A stretch of DNA of 64,000 bases, taken from positions 24,792-88,791 of the forward strand of contig CAVTNR010000011.1 in assembly GCA_963736115.1 (NCBI GenBank). The letters are read 5' to 3'. The DNA is from an uncultured bacterium. GTDB taxonomy: Bacteria > Zhuqueibacterota > QNDG01 > DTFT01. The translations under genes and the position numbers were made by a program. The notes beneath the pieces are model-generated. The model saw only the letters and a program-made list of their open reading frames with translations. It did no database searches and was not told the origin of the DNA. Of this stretch, positions 1 through 8,083 are shown one piece after another. Within the stretch, counting starts at the first letter, position 1, and each line of letters opens with the position of its first letter.

Positions 1-539
1 CCTGCGGTCGCCCGCTCCGCGTCACGAACGCCATCGAGCTCGGGCACATCTTCAAGCTCGGCATTAAGTATTCGGCCGCCATGAAAGCCACTTTTCTGGA
101 CCGGAACGGAAAAGAGAAGCCGATTGTCATGGGCAGTTACGGCATCGGCATCGAACGGATTCTGGCCGCCGCGATCGAACAGGGTCATGACGACAAGGGG
201 CTTATCTGGAACTCCGTGCTCACGCCCTATCACGTCCATCTGATTCCGGTCAAGATGGACAATCCGGAAATTGTCCGCGTCGCGGAATCCCTGTACGACG
301 CGCTCGGCGCGGACGCCTGGGAATGCCTCCTCGACGACCGGTCCGCCTCACCGGGTTTCAAATTCAAGGATGCCGATCTGATCGGAATCCCCCTGCAGGT
401 GGTCATCGGCGAACGCTGGATCCGGGAGAAAAAACTCGAACTCCGCATCCGGCGCACGGGCGAAACGGCCCTGATCGACGAAAACGAATTGTCACCGCGG
501 ATCCGCGATTATTTCGGAGAGAAACGGGAGGGAGCATGA
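1..539 (+). CDS. proS: prolyl-tRNA synthetase, C-terminal part (5' end lies upstream of the window)
   Basis: The frame is open from the window edge. It reads ...NAIELGHIFKLGIKYS...GSYGIGIERILAAAIEQGHDDKGLIW...HLIPV, typical of the end of the class II ProRS core plus the anticodon-binding domain. Stop TGA at 537-539. Confidence 0.85.
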   Translation, partial: CGRPLRVTNAIELGHIFKLGIKYSAAMKATFLDRNGKEKPIVMGSYGIGIERILAAAIEQGHDDKGLIWNSVLTPYHVHLIPVKMDNPEIVRVAESLYDALGADAWECLLDDRSASPGFKFKDADLIGIPLQVVIGERWIREKKLELRIRRTGETALIDENELSPRIRDYFGEKREGA

Positions 540-1897
540 TGAAAACCCCCGGATCGAAATCCGTCCAGACGGTCCTGAAGGTGTCTGAAATCCAGGCCGA
601 CCCCGAACTGTTTCCGATTCCCGGAGAGACGCCCTCTCCCGAGGACATCCGATCTCTTCTGGAAAAACGGTACGCGACGGAGTTTGGAAAGCTGACGGTC
701 ACGCTGGAGGAAGACGTCATCCGCATCCAGTTCAGGCCCCGTTCCGTCGACATCAACGCCGAGCAGATACACGGCGCAGCCGTCCGTCTCGCCCGTCAGC
801 GTCAGTTCGACCCGGCCCTGGAGAAGTGGAAACAGGCCGTTTCCGTGAATCCGGACGATTCGGAATACCATTACCATATCGGTCTCGTTCTGTACGAACA
901 GCGGCGTTACGACGAGGCCGCACAGGCGCTCGAACGCGCCGTCCGGATCTGTCCGGTTCATTACAAGGCGCATCTGGCGCTTGGGCTGAGCCGGATCAAG
1001 ATGAACCGGCATGACGAAGCGGTCCGGCATTTCACCGAATCCGTCCGCCTGCACCGTGAGAACGTTCTCGGCTATCTGAATCTCGGCGCCGCGGCCAGTC
1101 TGCAGAAACGCTTCAACGAGGCCATCGAAGCCTTCAATCACGCCATCCAGTACAATCCCAGGGAAAGCCGTGCGTATCTCGGAATGGCAAAAATCTACGT
1201 CCATCTGAACGACACCGAGGCCGCGAACAGCTATTTCAAGAAAGTCATCGAACTGGCTCCGGAAACGCCCATCGCAGAATTCGCGAAAAAGTCCATCTCC
1301 GAGTCGCGGTCCGAAACCGCTCCGGATGTGCTTCAGGGAGACCGCCTGGCGGCTCTCTCAAAGGGCACCGGGTACGCCCTGGCAGGCAATTACACGGCGG
1401 CCGCGGAACATTACCAGATATACCTTCGGAACCAAACTTCGGACGATTTCGCCTGGTACCTGCTCGGAGAAGCCGAAATCCGGAAAGGCCGGCTGGACGA
1501 AGCAGCGGACGACTTCCGGAAATGCGTCCGTCTGAATCCGAAAAAAGGTCTTTATCAAAAAGCACTGGGAACGGTTTACCATTTCCAGAAGAAACCCGCG
1601 GAAAGCGCCGAATGCTTCAAGCGGGCAATAGAACTCGGAAAGATCGATCCTATGGTGGTGACGCTTTATGGTATCCAGCTCCTGCGCATGCGTAAAACCG
1701 ACGAGGCCATGCACCAGTTCCGCATGGCGCTGAAGAAAAACCAGAACAATCCGCTGGCCATGTACCAGCTGGCATACGCGTATTCGCTGAAGCATGACAA
1801 TAAAAAGGCGATGGAATGGCTGGATAAGGTGAATGCGGTGGAATTTTTCGCTCCGATCAAGGAGCACGCCAGGCGGTTGACGAATTCCCTGAAATAA
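536..1897 (+). CDS. tetratricopeptide (TPR) repeat protein
   Basis: ATG 536 overlaps the proS stop (ATGA). The protein has repeated TPR-like helix pairs (YHIGLVLYEQRRYDEAAQALERAVRICP, AHLALGLSRIKMNRHDEAVRHF, AYLGMAKIYVHLNDTEAANSYFKKVIELAP and others). The longer ORF starting at 323 lies inside proS. Confidence 0.75.
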   Translation: MMKTPGSKSVQTVLKVSEIQADPELFPIPGETPSPEDIRSLLEKRYATEFGKLTVTLEEDVIRIQFRPRSVDINAEQIHGAAVRLARQRQFDPALEKWKQAVSVNPDDSEYHYHIGLVLYEQRRYDEAAQALERAVRICPVHYKAHLALGLSRIKMNRHDEAVRHFTESVRLHRENVLGYLNLGAAASLQKRFNEAIEAFNHAIQYNPRESRAYLGMAKIYVHLNDTEAANSYFKKVIELAPETPIAEFAKKSISESRSETAPDVLQGDRLAALSKGTGYALAGNYTAAAEHYQIYLRNQTSDDFAWYLLGEAEIRKGRLDEAADDFRKCVRLNPKKGLYQKALGTVYHFQKKPAESAECFKRAIELGKIDPMVVTLYGIQLLRMRKTDEAMHQFRMALKKNQNNPLAMYQLAYAYSLKHDNKKAMEWLDKVNAVEFFAPIKEHARRLTNSLK

Positions 1898-1938
1898 AAC
1901 GGTGATTGAAAGAGATTCGGTCAACTTCGCATAAGATA

Positions 1939-2420
1939 TATTATGTATACTTCCGGATTATGATGTCTGGTTGGCACTTGGTTAGTCCTTGATTGATAAA
2001 ACCCTTATTCTTTATCTTTGTCCCTCTCAAACCATTCATCTTCTCTTTTTCTAATTTCCAATTATCAGGGCGTTTAAAACTCTTTCGTGAATACGAATCT
2101 CCTTCCGGAATTATATTTTCTTCCGCCCATAATTATGTATACTTCCGGATTGTGATGTCTGGTTTGTCCTTGGTTAGTCCTTGATTGATAAAACCCTTAT
2201 TCTTTATCTTTGTCCCTCTCAAACCATTCATCTTCTCTTTTTCTAATTTCCAATTATCAGGGCGTTTAAAACTCTTTCGTGAATACGAATCTCCTTCCGG
2301 AATTATATTTTCTTCCGCCCATAATTATGTATACTTCCGGATTATGATGTCTGGTTGGCCCTTTGTTAGTCCTTGATTGATAAAACCCTTATTTTTTATC
2401 CTTGTCCCTCTCCAAACAAC
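1939..2420. repeat. AT-rich tandem direct repeat, 192-bp unit, about 2.5 copies
   Basis: Units start at about 1939, 2131 and 2323 (ATTATGTATACTTCCGGATTATGATGTCTGG...) and are near-identical, with a few substitutions. The segment is roughly one-third G+C, against GC-rich flanks. Each unit carries two TTCCGGA(A/T)T half-palindromes. Confidence 0.9.
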
Positions 2421-2473
2421 TATTATAATTTTCTTCCATTCGTCATTTTTATAATCATCAACTCCGGGTTCAA

Positions 2474-2500
2474 TAAAAAATCCCGGTTATAGAACCGGGA
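2474..2500 (-). terminator. Rho-independent terminator downstream of tRNA-Arg
   Basis: Perfect 8-bp stem TCCCGGTT/AACCGGGA with a 4-nt loop at 2481-2500. It is followed on the minus strand by a T-run (plus-strand AAAAAA at 2475-2480), 18 nt past the tRNA 3' end. Confidence 0.7.
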
Positions 2501-2518
2501 AGGATTGCGGATACCGGG

Positions 2519-2593
2519 TACCCCCGGCGCGACTCGAACGCGCGACCTACTGCTTAGAAGGCAGTTGCTCTATCCGATCTGAGCTACGGGGGC
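2519..2593 (-). tRNA. tRNA-Arg (anticodon UCU)
   Basis: The reverse complement GCCCCCGTAGCTCAGATCGGATAGAGCAACTGCCTTCTAAGCAGTAGGTCGCGCGTTCGAGTCGCGCCGGGGGTA folds as a cloverleaf. The anticodon stem is ACTGC/GCAGT with loop CTTCTAA (anticodon TCT), and the T-arm is GCGCG-TTCGAGT-CGCGC. No CCA is encoded. Confidence 0.9.
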
Positions 2594-2609
2594 GTCCAAA
2601 CGCCAGGGG

Positions 2610-2638
2610 AATTTAGCCAATTGACGTAGCAAAGTCAA
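2610..2638 (-). promoter_or_regulatory. sigma70-like promoter for tRNA-Arg (TTGACT-N17-TAAATT)
   Basis: The minus strand reads TTGACT ttgctacgtcaattggc TAAATT. The -10 element ends 16 nt before the mature tRNA 5' end. The same hexamer pair recurs at 58753-58781. Confidence 0.5.
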
Positions 2639-2667
2639 TAGCCAATAAACAGCCAACAAACGCGGGG

Positions 2668-4614
2668 CTACTGAACGTTCAAAGCCGCGACTGTCATTCC
2701 TCCAGGTGCCGCAGGCGGCGTTAAATGGATTTCGATGGAATCGCCTGTACGGATTTCCGATGAAACGGTCGATTCAGAATCCATCAGCCCGCCTACAGGC
2801 AATCTGTACCGGGCTGTCCCCTCGGACACGGTTCCGTCCAGGGCCAGCGTTCCGGTGAAAGTATTTCCCGGTACGGTGCCGGTCAGGATAATGGTTGAAA
2901 CCGTTCCATCCGCTTCGTCCATGTAAAGAGGACCGGGATTTTTGACAACGGAATCAGAAGCGGTCAATTCCACGTTCAACACCTTTTTTAGTATCCGGAG
3001 AGACTGGATCGTGGCGTAGAGTTCCTTTTCTGTGATCGTAATTGGATCCGGATCGATTTGAGGGAAATAAAGCGGTTCATATTCATATACGCCGATATCC
3101 GGATTCTGACCGTTGTACGGATAGGAAACGCCGTCTCCGGCTTTCCAGGAGATGTTCCGATCCACCGTGATCCGGTTGTTCGTATAATCCGCCGAGAGGA
3201 TCATCAGATTTTTCTGCGCTCCGATCTGGATGACATCGCCCTGACCGGGAATGCCGAAACCGTCCGTGAGACACCGCGCGGATTCCAATGAAACCAGGGT
3301 TCCGGATCCGGCGGATGCGGTCCGGGTCAGCATGGTTCCCTGGTCAATGCATCCGGATTCCTTTTTCAACTTGAAATTGTAGCTGGCGGCGTCCATGTCG
3401 ATCCACTCGAGGCCGTGAAAGGTGGTTTTCCTCCAGTCGTAAGGAGATGAGACAAAACCCGGATCTCCCGTCAGGGTCGTGGGCGCGAACCTTCGTTTCC
3501 ATTCCGCGAGGGACATGAACCCGAGCCAGTAGATCTCGGTCGCATTCCCGAGTTCGCCCCAGACGCAGTTGTACTCGGCCTTGATACCGGTCTGATTGTC
3601 CGCATCCTCAAGAATGATCGGGCAGATTTGATCGTACCGGGCCGTGCGTTTGCGGCCGTAAAGGATGTTGTTCTTCAGAATGGCATTGTGAACCCATTGA
3701 TCCGTCAGGTACAGTTCCGCCATGTTCTGACATCGGCTGGTGTCTGCCATGTTCCGAAACAGGATGTTGTGCGTCATGGCCAGATTGCCGGTGTTGTTGT
3801 TCAGGACGCCGGAACCTCCATTGTTGTAGAAGATGTTCCGAGTCATCAGGTGATGTCCGCCGGTTCCGGCGAGGTCCCAGGTGAATCCGTTACCGTCCCA
3901 GTACGATCCGCTCCGTTTCTGCCAATTCGCGTACATGACGTTTCGCCGGACAAGCGAAAACCACTGGATGCCGGAATCCAGCAATTCCCGGTTGTTGATG
4001 GAGGCGCCGTCACCCCACCCGCTGTCGCCGTCCGCCTTCCATCCGTTGTGGTGCAGAACACAGTCCTGTATGATGATGTGATTCGATCCGACGGTGTTCA
4101 GACCGGCGTTTCCATTGTCGTACACGACCAGATCATCCAGAAACACATAATCCGCGTAATAGACCGAGACGCCGTCCTGCTGATACCCGTGAAAGGAAAG
4201 ATTCCGGATATGAAAATGGGTTTTGGTGAAGGGTGATGAAAGCTGTCCCTGGATGATGAATCCGAACTGTCCGGTTCCCGTGATATCCGGGCGGGTTCCG
4301 GGGTCACCCGTCACCGTGATCCATTTTCCAGGCGTTCCGGAATTCGTAAACGGGATGTCGCTTTCAACATAGGTGCCGGCCAGTACGGTCAGGCTGTCTC
4401 CGGCGGCCAGGATCGAAGCCGCTTTCCGTATGGTTTTCCACGGCGTGGAACGGTTCATTGCCTGCGCATTCGTGCGGCTGTCGTTTCCTGACGGAGAAAC
4501 AAAATAAGTGGAGGCCGTCAGGGAAGCGGTCCAGAGGACCAAGAGCAGAATCGGAAAAACTTTCCCGCAACCGTTTCCGACCGCCACGAATCGGGGCAAA
4601 TATTTCCTTTTCAT
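2668..4614 (-). CDS. secreted right-handed parallel beta-helix repeat protein (polysaccharide lyase / glycanase / epimerase-like)
   Basis: N-terminal signal-like segment (KVFPILLLVLWTASLTAST). Repeated beta-helix turns follow (NHIIIQDCVLHHNGW, NVMYANW, RNIFYNNGGSGVLNN, THNILFRN, KNNILYG). It has its own upstream and downstream intergenic regions. Confidence 0.7.
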   Translation of the reverse strand: MKRKYLPRFVAVGNGCGKVFPILLLVLWTASLTASTYFVSPSGNDSRTNAQAMNRSTPWKTIRKAASILAAGDSLTVLAGTYVESDIPFTNSGTPGKWITVTGDPGTRPDITGTGQFGFIIQGQLSSPFTKTHFHIRNLSFHGYQQDGVSVYYADYVFLDDLVVYDNGNAGLNTVGSNHIIIQDCVLHHNGWKADGDSGWGDGASINNRELLDSGIQWFSLVRRNVMYANWQKRSGSYWDGNGFTWDLAGTGGHHLMTRNIFYNNGGSGVLNNNTGNLAMTHNILFRNMADTSRCQNMAELYLTDQWVHNAILKNNILYGRKRTARYDQICPIILEDADNQTGIKAEYNCVWGELGNATEIYWLGFMSLAEWKRRFAPTTLTGDPGFVSSPYDWRKTTFHGLEWIDMDAASYNFKLKKESGCIDQGTMLTRTASAGSGTLVSLESARCLTDGFGIPGQGDVIQIGAQKNLMILSADYTNNRITVDRNISWKAGDGVSYPYNGQNPDIGVYEYEPLYFPQIDPDPITITEKELYATIQSLRILKKVLNVELTASDSVVKNPGPLYMDEADGTVSTIILTGTVPGNTFTGTLALDGTVSEGTARYRLPVGGLMDSESTVSSEIRTGDSIEIHLTPPAAPGGMTVAALNVQ

Positions 4615-4704
4615 GGCAAATACCCCTTTCGATAACCCCTTGTTTTACTGTAGATAAGCCTATTACCTTTTCTTCACAATCCTATATATAGGCAAAGCAG
4701 GGGC

Positions 4705-4744
4705 CAATAAAAATCCCCGTGAAAGTTACCACTATTTCACGGGG
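4705..4744 (-). terminator. Rho-independent terminator after the deacetylase gene
   Basis: Perfect 10-bp stem CCCCGTGAAA/TTTCACGGGG at 4715-4744 with a 10-nt loop, followed on the minus strand by ATTTTTATT. Confidence 0.6.
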
Positions 4745-4767
4745 CGGGTACCGGTTGTTTCATTCCG

Positions 4768-5706
4768 TTAACCTGATTTCCGGCTCCATTCGTTCAGAAT
4801 ACGGTCGTACGGCGCAATCCATAATCGCTCTTTCAGGGAACCCAGAAAGCGGATGAAATCCCTGAAGCGGCCGAGCCGTCTGATATCCGATGGATCGAAA
4901 TAGAGATTGATGTATGATCCCGTGTCCATCGCGGTTCGTATGACTTTTTCAATCCGGCCGAAAAACGCGGTTTCACGGTCCGCCTGAACCGGTCCTTCCG
5001 TTCTCGGAAACCGGTTGTAGGTGTCAAAGCAGGTGTGAATATAAGCCGGGTCGAATGAAAGCGGAAATTCCCATATTCCATCCGACTCCCGGTACGGCAT
5101 TCCGTATTCCGGACATTGAATGGAAATCCTGGAACTGGAGTATCGGTAGCCGAGCCCGGCCAGAACGGGGTATACGTCACGCGTATGGGAATCGCCGAAA
5201 TGAGGGGTACGGAAACCCGTCGGCCGGTAATTCAGCCGTTCACGGATGATGCGATCCGCGGTTTCGATTTCCTCGCGTCGGGCTTCGGGTGTCAGTTCAT
5301 TGAACCGTTCATCCGGATGGAATCGGCTGTTGCTGGGATGGGTGGTGGTATGGTTGACCAGTTCGTGGCCGCGCCGGATCAGTTCCAGGTGACTGTCCGG
5401 ATCCAGTTCGACCCATTTAGCAATACAGGCGAATGAGGCGGCCAGCCCCTCCCCTGCCAGCGTATCCAACAGTTCCGGCATCGCATGGTAATCGGCTTCA
5501 TGGTCGCAGTCGAAAGACAGAGTGAGACACGCGTTCTTTCCAGGCCAGGGCGCGGATCTCCCCCCGTTGTGTGAGTAGAAGGCCGAGTTGAATCCGTTGG
5601 ACCAGACTCGTCCGACGATCCGGCGAAGCGCTTTCGAGGCGATCCCCGGTCTTTCCCTCCGGAAAGCGGAGGCCACGAGATCTGCCAGCCCCATTCGGAT
5701 TTTCAC
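4768..5706 (-). CDS. polysaccharide deacetylase (NodB-homology domain) family protein
   Basis: LTLSFDCDHEADY...ASFACIAKWVE...GHELVNHTTTHP matches the NodB-type Asp and His motif pattern. GTG start at 5706. Confidence 0.75.
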   Translation of the reverse strand: MKIRMGLADLVASAFRRERPGIASKALRRIVGRVWSNGFNSAFYSHNGGRSAPWPGKNACLTLSFDCDHEADYHAMPELLDTLAGEGLAASFACIAKWVELDPDSHLELIRRGHELVNHTTTHPSNSRFHPDERFNELTPEARREEIETADRIIRERLNYRPTGFRTPHFGDSHTRDVYPVLAGLGYRYSSSRISIQCPEYGMPYRESDGIWEFPLSFDPAYIHTCFDTYNRFPRTEGPVQADRETAFFGRIEKVIRTAMDTGSYINLYFDPSDIRRLGRFRDFIRFLGSLKERLWIAPYDRILNEWSRKSG

Positions 5707-5711
5707 CGCAT

Positions 5712-6710
5712 CTACCTCTCTTTTCGGAAGGACCGGATCCCCCGGATCAGGGTTTCCGTCTCGTTGTCCGGCAGCAAACGGACGTGTTTCCCGCCCGCTT
5801 CCCGCAGCACTTTCAGATCGGTCGCCAGAATGGGCAGCCCCATCGCCGCGGCTTCCGCGAATTTGATGGGCGTCACATGTTCCGTCACCGGATTCCTGGG
5901 TCTCGGCACCACAACCGCGTCGGCGCGGCCGGCCAGAATCCGGATCATTTCCGAATGGGGAACGCTTTCATGATATCGGACATTCTTCGTATCGCGGCCC
6001 GGGATGCCGTAGCAGTGCAGCTGAAAGTAGGCATCGGATTCCAGTCGGGCGAAAGCGTCGATCAGATTCCGGAATCCCTGCCAGGGTTTTTCCGACCCCA
6101 TGTAAACGAAATGAAGACGTCCTTGCGGGCGTTTTTTTCGGCGTATCGCCGGAAGACGCACGGGGATGGGCAGTACGAACATCCGATCTTCCGGAATCCG
6201 GAAGGCGGACTTCAGATATCCGGCCATGGACGCGCTGAGCACGCGGACCACGGTTGTTTTCAGGGCGAGCTGAAAAGTCCAGCGGGACAGCAAAATTCGC
6301 ATGCGCGACCTCTCGGCCATTTTCAGCTCGATCCAGGGAAAGGAGGCCAGATCGTATACGGTTTTTTTGCGGAGCATCGCGCAGAAGGGGATCCACCGAA
6401 GAAACAGCTTCTCGGAGCGGATCCAGACGACGTCCGCGTTCCGCAGGTCGCGGAGCCGCGCGTGTCCGCCGAGGCGTACGCGGTTCCAGCGCTTGAAAAA
6501 TTCCGACAGGTATTGCAGGTGAATGGTGTGCCCGCAGATCCGGCCGGGGTCATGATCCGAAAGGATCAGAATGTTCTGGTTTCGGAAACGCGGATTGAGG
6601 CTCCCCGCCGAGAGCGGCGGGGAATCTTCTATCTGTAGAGAAGAGACATTTGATATTCGCTCGTTTACCCCGCGGTAAGCCGCGGGGAATGCGCTCGCTG
6701 TCAGATTCAT
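5712..6710 (-). CDS. glycosyltransferase, GT-B fold (GT4-like)
   Basis: The C-terminal half reads FVYMGSEKPWQGFRNLIDAF...PRPRNPVTEHVTPIKFAEAAAMGLPILATDLKVLREAGG, typical of GT1/GT4 enzymes. The only canonical in-frame start is ATG 6710, which lies inside a dispersed repeat element and overlaps the upstream stop. The true N-terminus is therefore uncertain. Confidence 0.65.
   Translation of the reverse strand: MNLTASAFPAAYRGVNERISNVSSLQIEDSPPLSAGSLNPRFRNQNILILSDHDPGRICGHTIHLQYLSEFFKRWNRVRLGGHARLRDLRNADVVWIRSEKLFLRWIPFCAMLRKKTVYDLASFPWIELKMAERSRMRILLSRWTFQLALKTTVVRVLSASMAGYLKSAFRIPEDRMFVLPIPVRLPAIRRKKRPQGRLHFVYMGSEKPWQGFRNLIDAFARLESDAYFQLHCYGIPGRDTKNVRYHESVPHSEMIRILAGRADAVVVPRPRNPVTEHVTPIKFAEAAAMGLPILATDLKVLREAGGKHVRLLPDNETETLIRGIRSFRKER
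6593..6710 (-). repeat. dispersed GC-hairpin repeat element, copy G (two hairpin modules)
   Basis: The minus strand reads ATGAATCTGACAGCGAGCGCATTCCCCGCGGCTTACCGCGGGGTAAACGAGCGAATA...GATTCCCCGCCGCTCTCGGCGGGGAGCCTCAATC. This is colinear with 51814-51931 at roughly three-quarters identity, judged by eye. Confidence 0.8.
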
Positions 6711-8083
6711 CCGGACTCCGGGCCGGAGGGGTTGATTTCGGAAATGAACGCCCGGTGCTTGCCGCTGGCATCCGGCGGGATGGAATCGCGGAACCGGACG
6801 TTCAGTCGCACCAGGCCGTCGAAGTCCTCCTCAAAGGCTTTCCGGAAATAGGATTCCACATCGGCTTGATCCTCCGGATTGCAGACCGCCTCCACCTCGA
6901 ACCGGTCCAGGCTTTTCTGGATGATCCTGTACTGCCTGATTTTTCTGCCGATTTCATAGAAGCTGTACTGGGCCATGTGACAGAAGAGGACGGGAGAAAC
7001 CTGGGAGCCGTCGGGAAGGTGCACCACTTCGGAGTCCCGTCCGATGTCGACCCGGATCCGGGAGAGTTTCGACCCGCAGGCGCAGGGCTCCGGATCAGGG
7101 CGCACCAGGTCACCGACCTCGTACCGCAGCAGAGGCGTCGCGCGGTTGTTCAGCTCGGTCAGAATCAGATTTTTGGCGCCATCGGGACCCGGCCGGGGCG
7201 GATCCGCGAATTCCGCGATGAGGTTCTCCTCCATCAGATGCATGGCTCCGGAAGGACACTGAAACGCGATGATGCCGACTTCGCTGGCGCCGTATTCATC
7301 GATCACGGGGCACTGGAATGTCGATTCCAGAAAACGACGCTGATAGTCGTAGAGGCGTTCGGATGTGGTGCAGACGGCGCGGATGCCGAGTTCGGCGGGG
7401 TTGCGTCCGCTTTCTTCGAAAAGCCTGGCGATTCCGAAAATGGAACTGACATAACCGCGCACATACGCGTCCCGGTGCTTCCGAAAGACATTCCAGATTT
7501 CGGAGGCAGAGGCGTCCGTCAGCCGCATGACCGAGAAACGGAACCGATTTTCGATCCAGCTCATGCGGAGGTTCCGCTTCAGGGACGGTTGGAGGTGATA
7601 CGTCCCCCAGATTTCCAGCACGGGCGCGCCGATGTCCCACCCCCACCAGCGGCGGCTCCGGAACAGGGCGGCCAGCCTGTGGCTCTCGGCTTCCGTATCC
7701 GCACAGAGCACCTTGGGTTCGCCTGTTGAACCGCTTGACTGGTGGCAGTACGTTCTCGAAAAAAGACCCGGAAGACTGATGATTTCCTTGTTCTCCCGCA
7801 GAAGGGATTTGGTGAGCACCGGCAGGCGGGCAAGATCGGCCAGGGAACGGAAGGAATCGGCGGTAAGGCCGTTCCTTTGCAGCAATCCGTGATAATAGGG
7901 CGTCCGAACGCCGCAGTCGGCGATGAGTGAACGGAGTTTCCGGAGCTGAAGGGCCCGGATTTCCGCCTGCGTGCGGTTCCTTCCGGCTTCCAGTTCACGG
8001 AGTTTGGACCGTATCGTCAGTCCCCGCGTTTTTTCGTACAGCGGGAATGAAACGGCCCTGATGAACCGTTCCTTCCATTTCAT
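6707..8083 (-). CDS. CapK-like / phenylacetate-CoA-ligase-family adenylate-forming enzyme
   Basis: HQSSGSTGEPKVLC adenylation motif, a length of about 458 aa, and a polysaccharide-locus context. Confidence 0.7.
   Translation of the reverse strand: MKWKERFIRAVSFPLYEKTRGLTIRSKLRELEAGRNRTQAEIRALQLRKLRSLIADCGVRTPYYHGLLQRNGLTADSFRSLADLARLPVLTKSLLRENKEIISLPGLFSRTYCHQSSGSTGEPKVLCADTEAESHRLAALFRSRRWWGWDIGAPVLEIWGTYHLQPSLKRNLRMSWIENRFRFSVMRLTDASASEIWNVFRKHRDAYVRGYVSSIFGIARLFEESGRNPAELGIRAVCTTSERLYDYQRRFLESTFQCPVIDEYGASEVGIIAFQCPSGAMHLMEENLIAEFADPPRPGPDGAKNLILTELNNRATPLLRYEVGDLVRPDPEPCACGSKLSRIRVDIGRDSEVVHLPDGSQVSPVLFCHMAQYSFYEIGRKIRQYRIIQKSLDRFEVEAVCNPEDQADVESYFRKAFEEDFDGLVRLNVRFRDSIPPDASGKHRAFISEINPSGPESG

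Noticed and set aside
1993-2376. Two identical-looking 63-aa ORFs (MIKPLFFIFVPLKPFIFSFSNFQL...), one per tandem-repeat unit.
   Set aside because: They start on TTG and are low-complexity Phe/Ile/Ser-rich translations of AT-rich repeat DNA. They have no RBS, and their periodicity simply mirrors the 192-bp repeat.
1900-2518. Integrated genomic island at the 3' side of tRNA-Arg.
   Set aside because: The low-GC segment is only about 600 bp and contains no integrase or cargo. I found no duplicated tRNA 3' fragment. The flanking genes (TPR, proS) look like core genes. At most it is a remnant, reported as the tandem-repeat finding instead.
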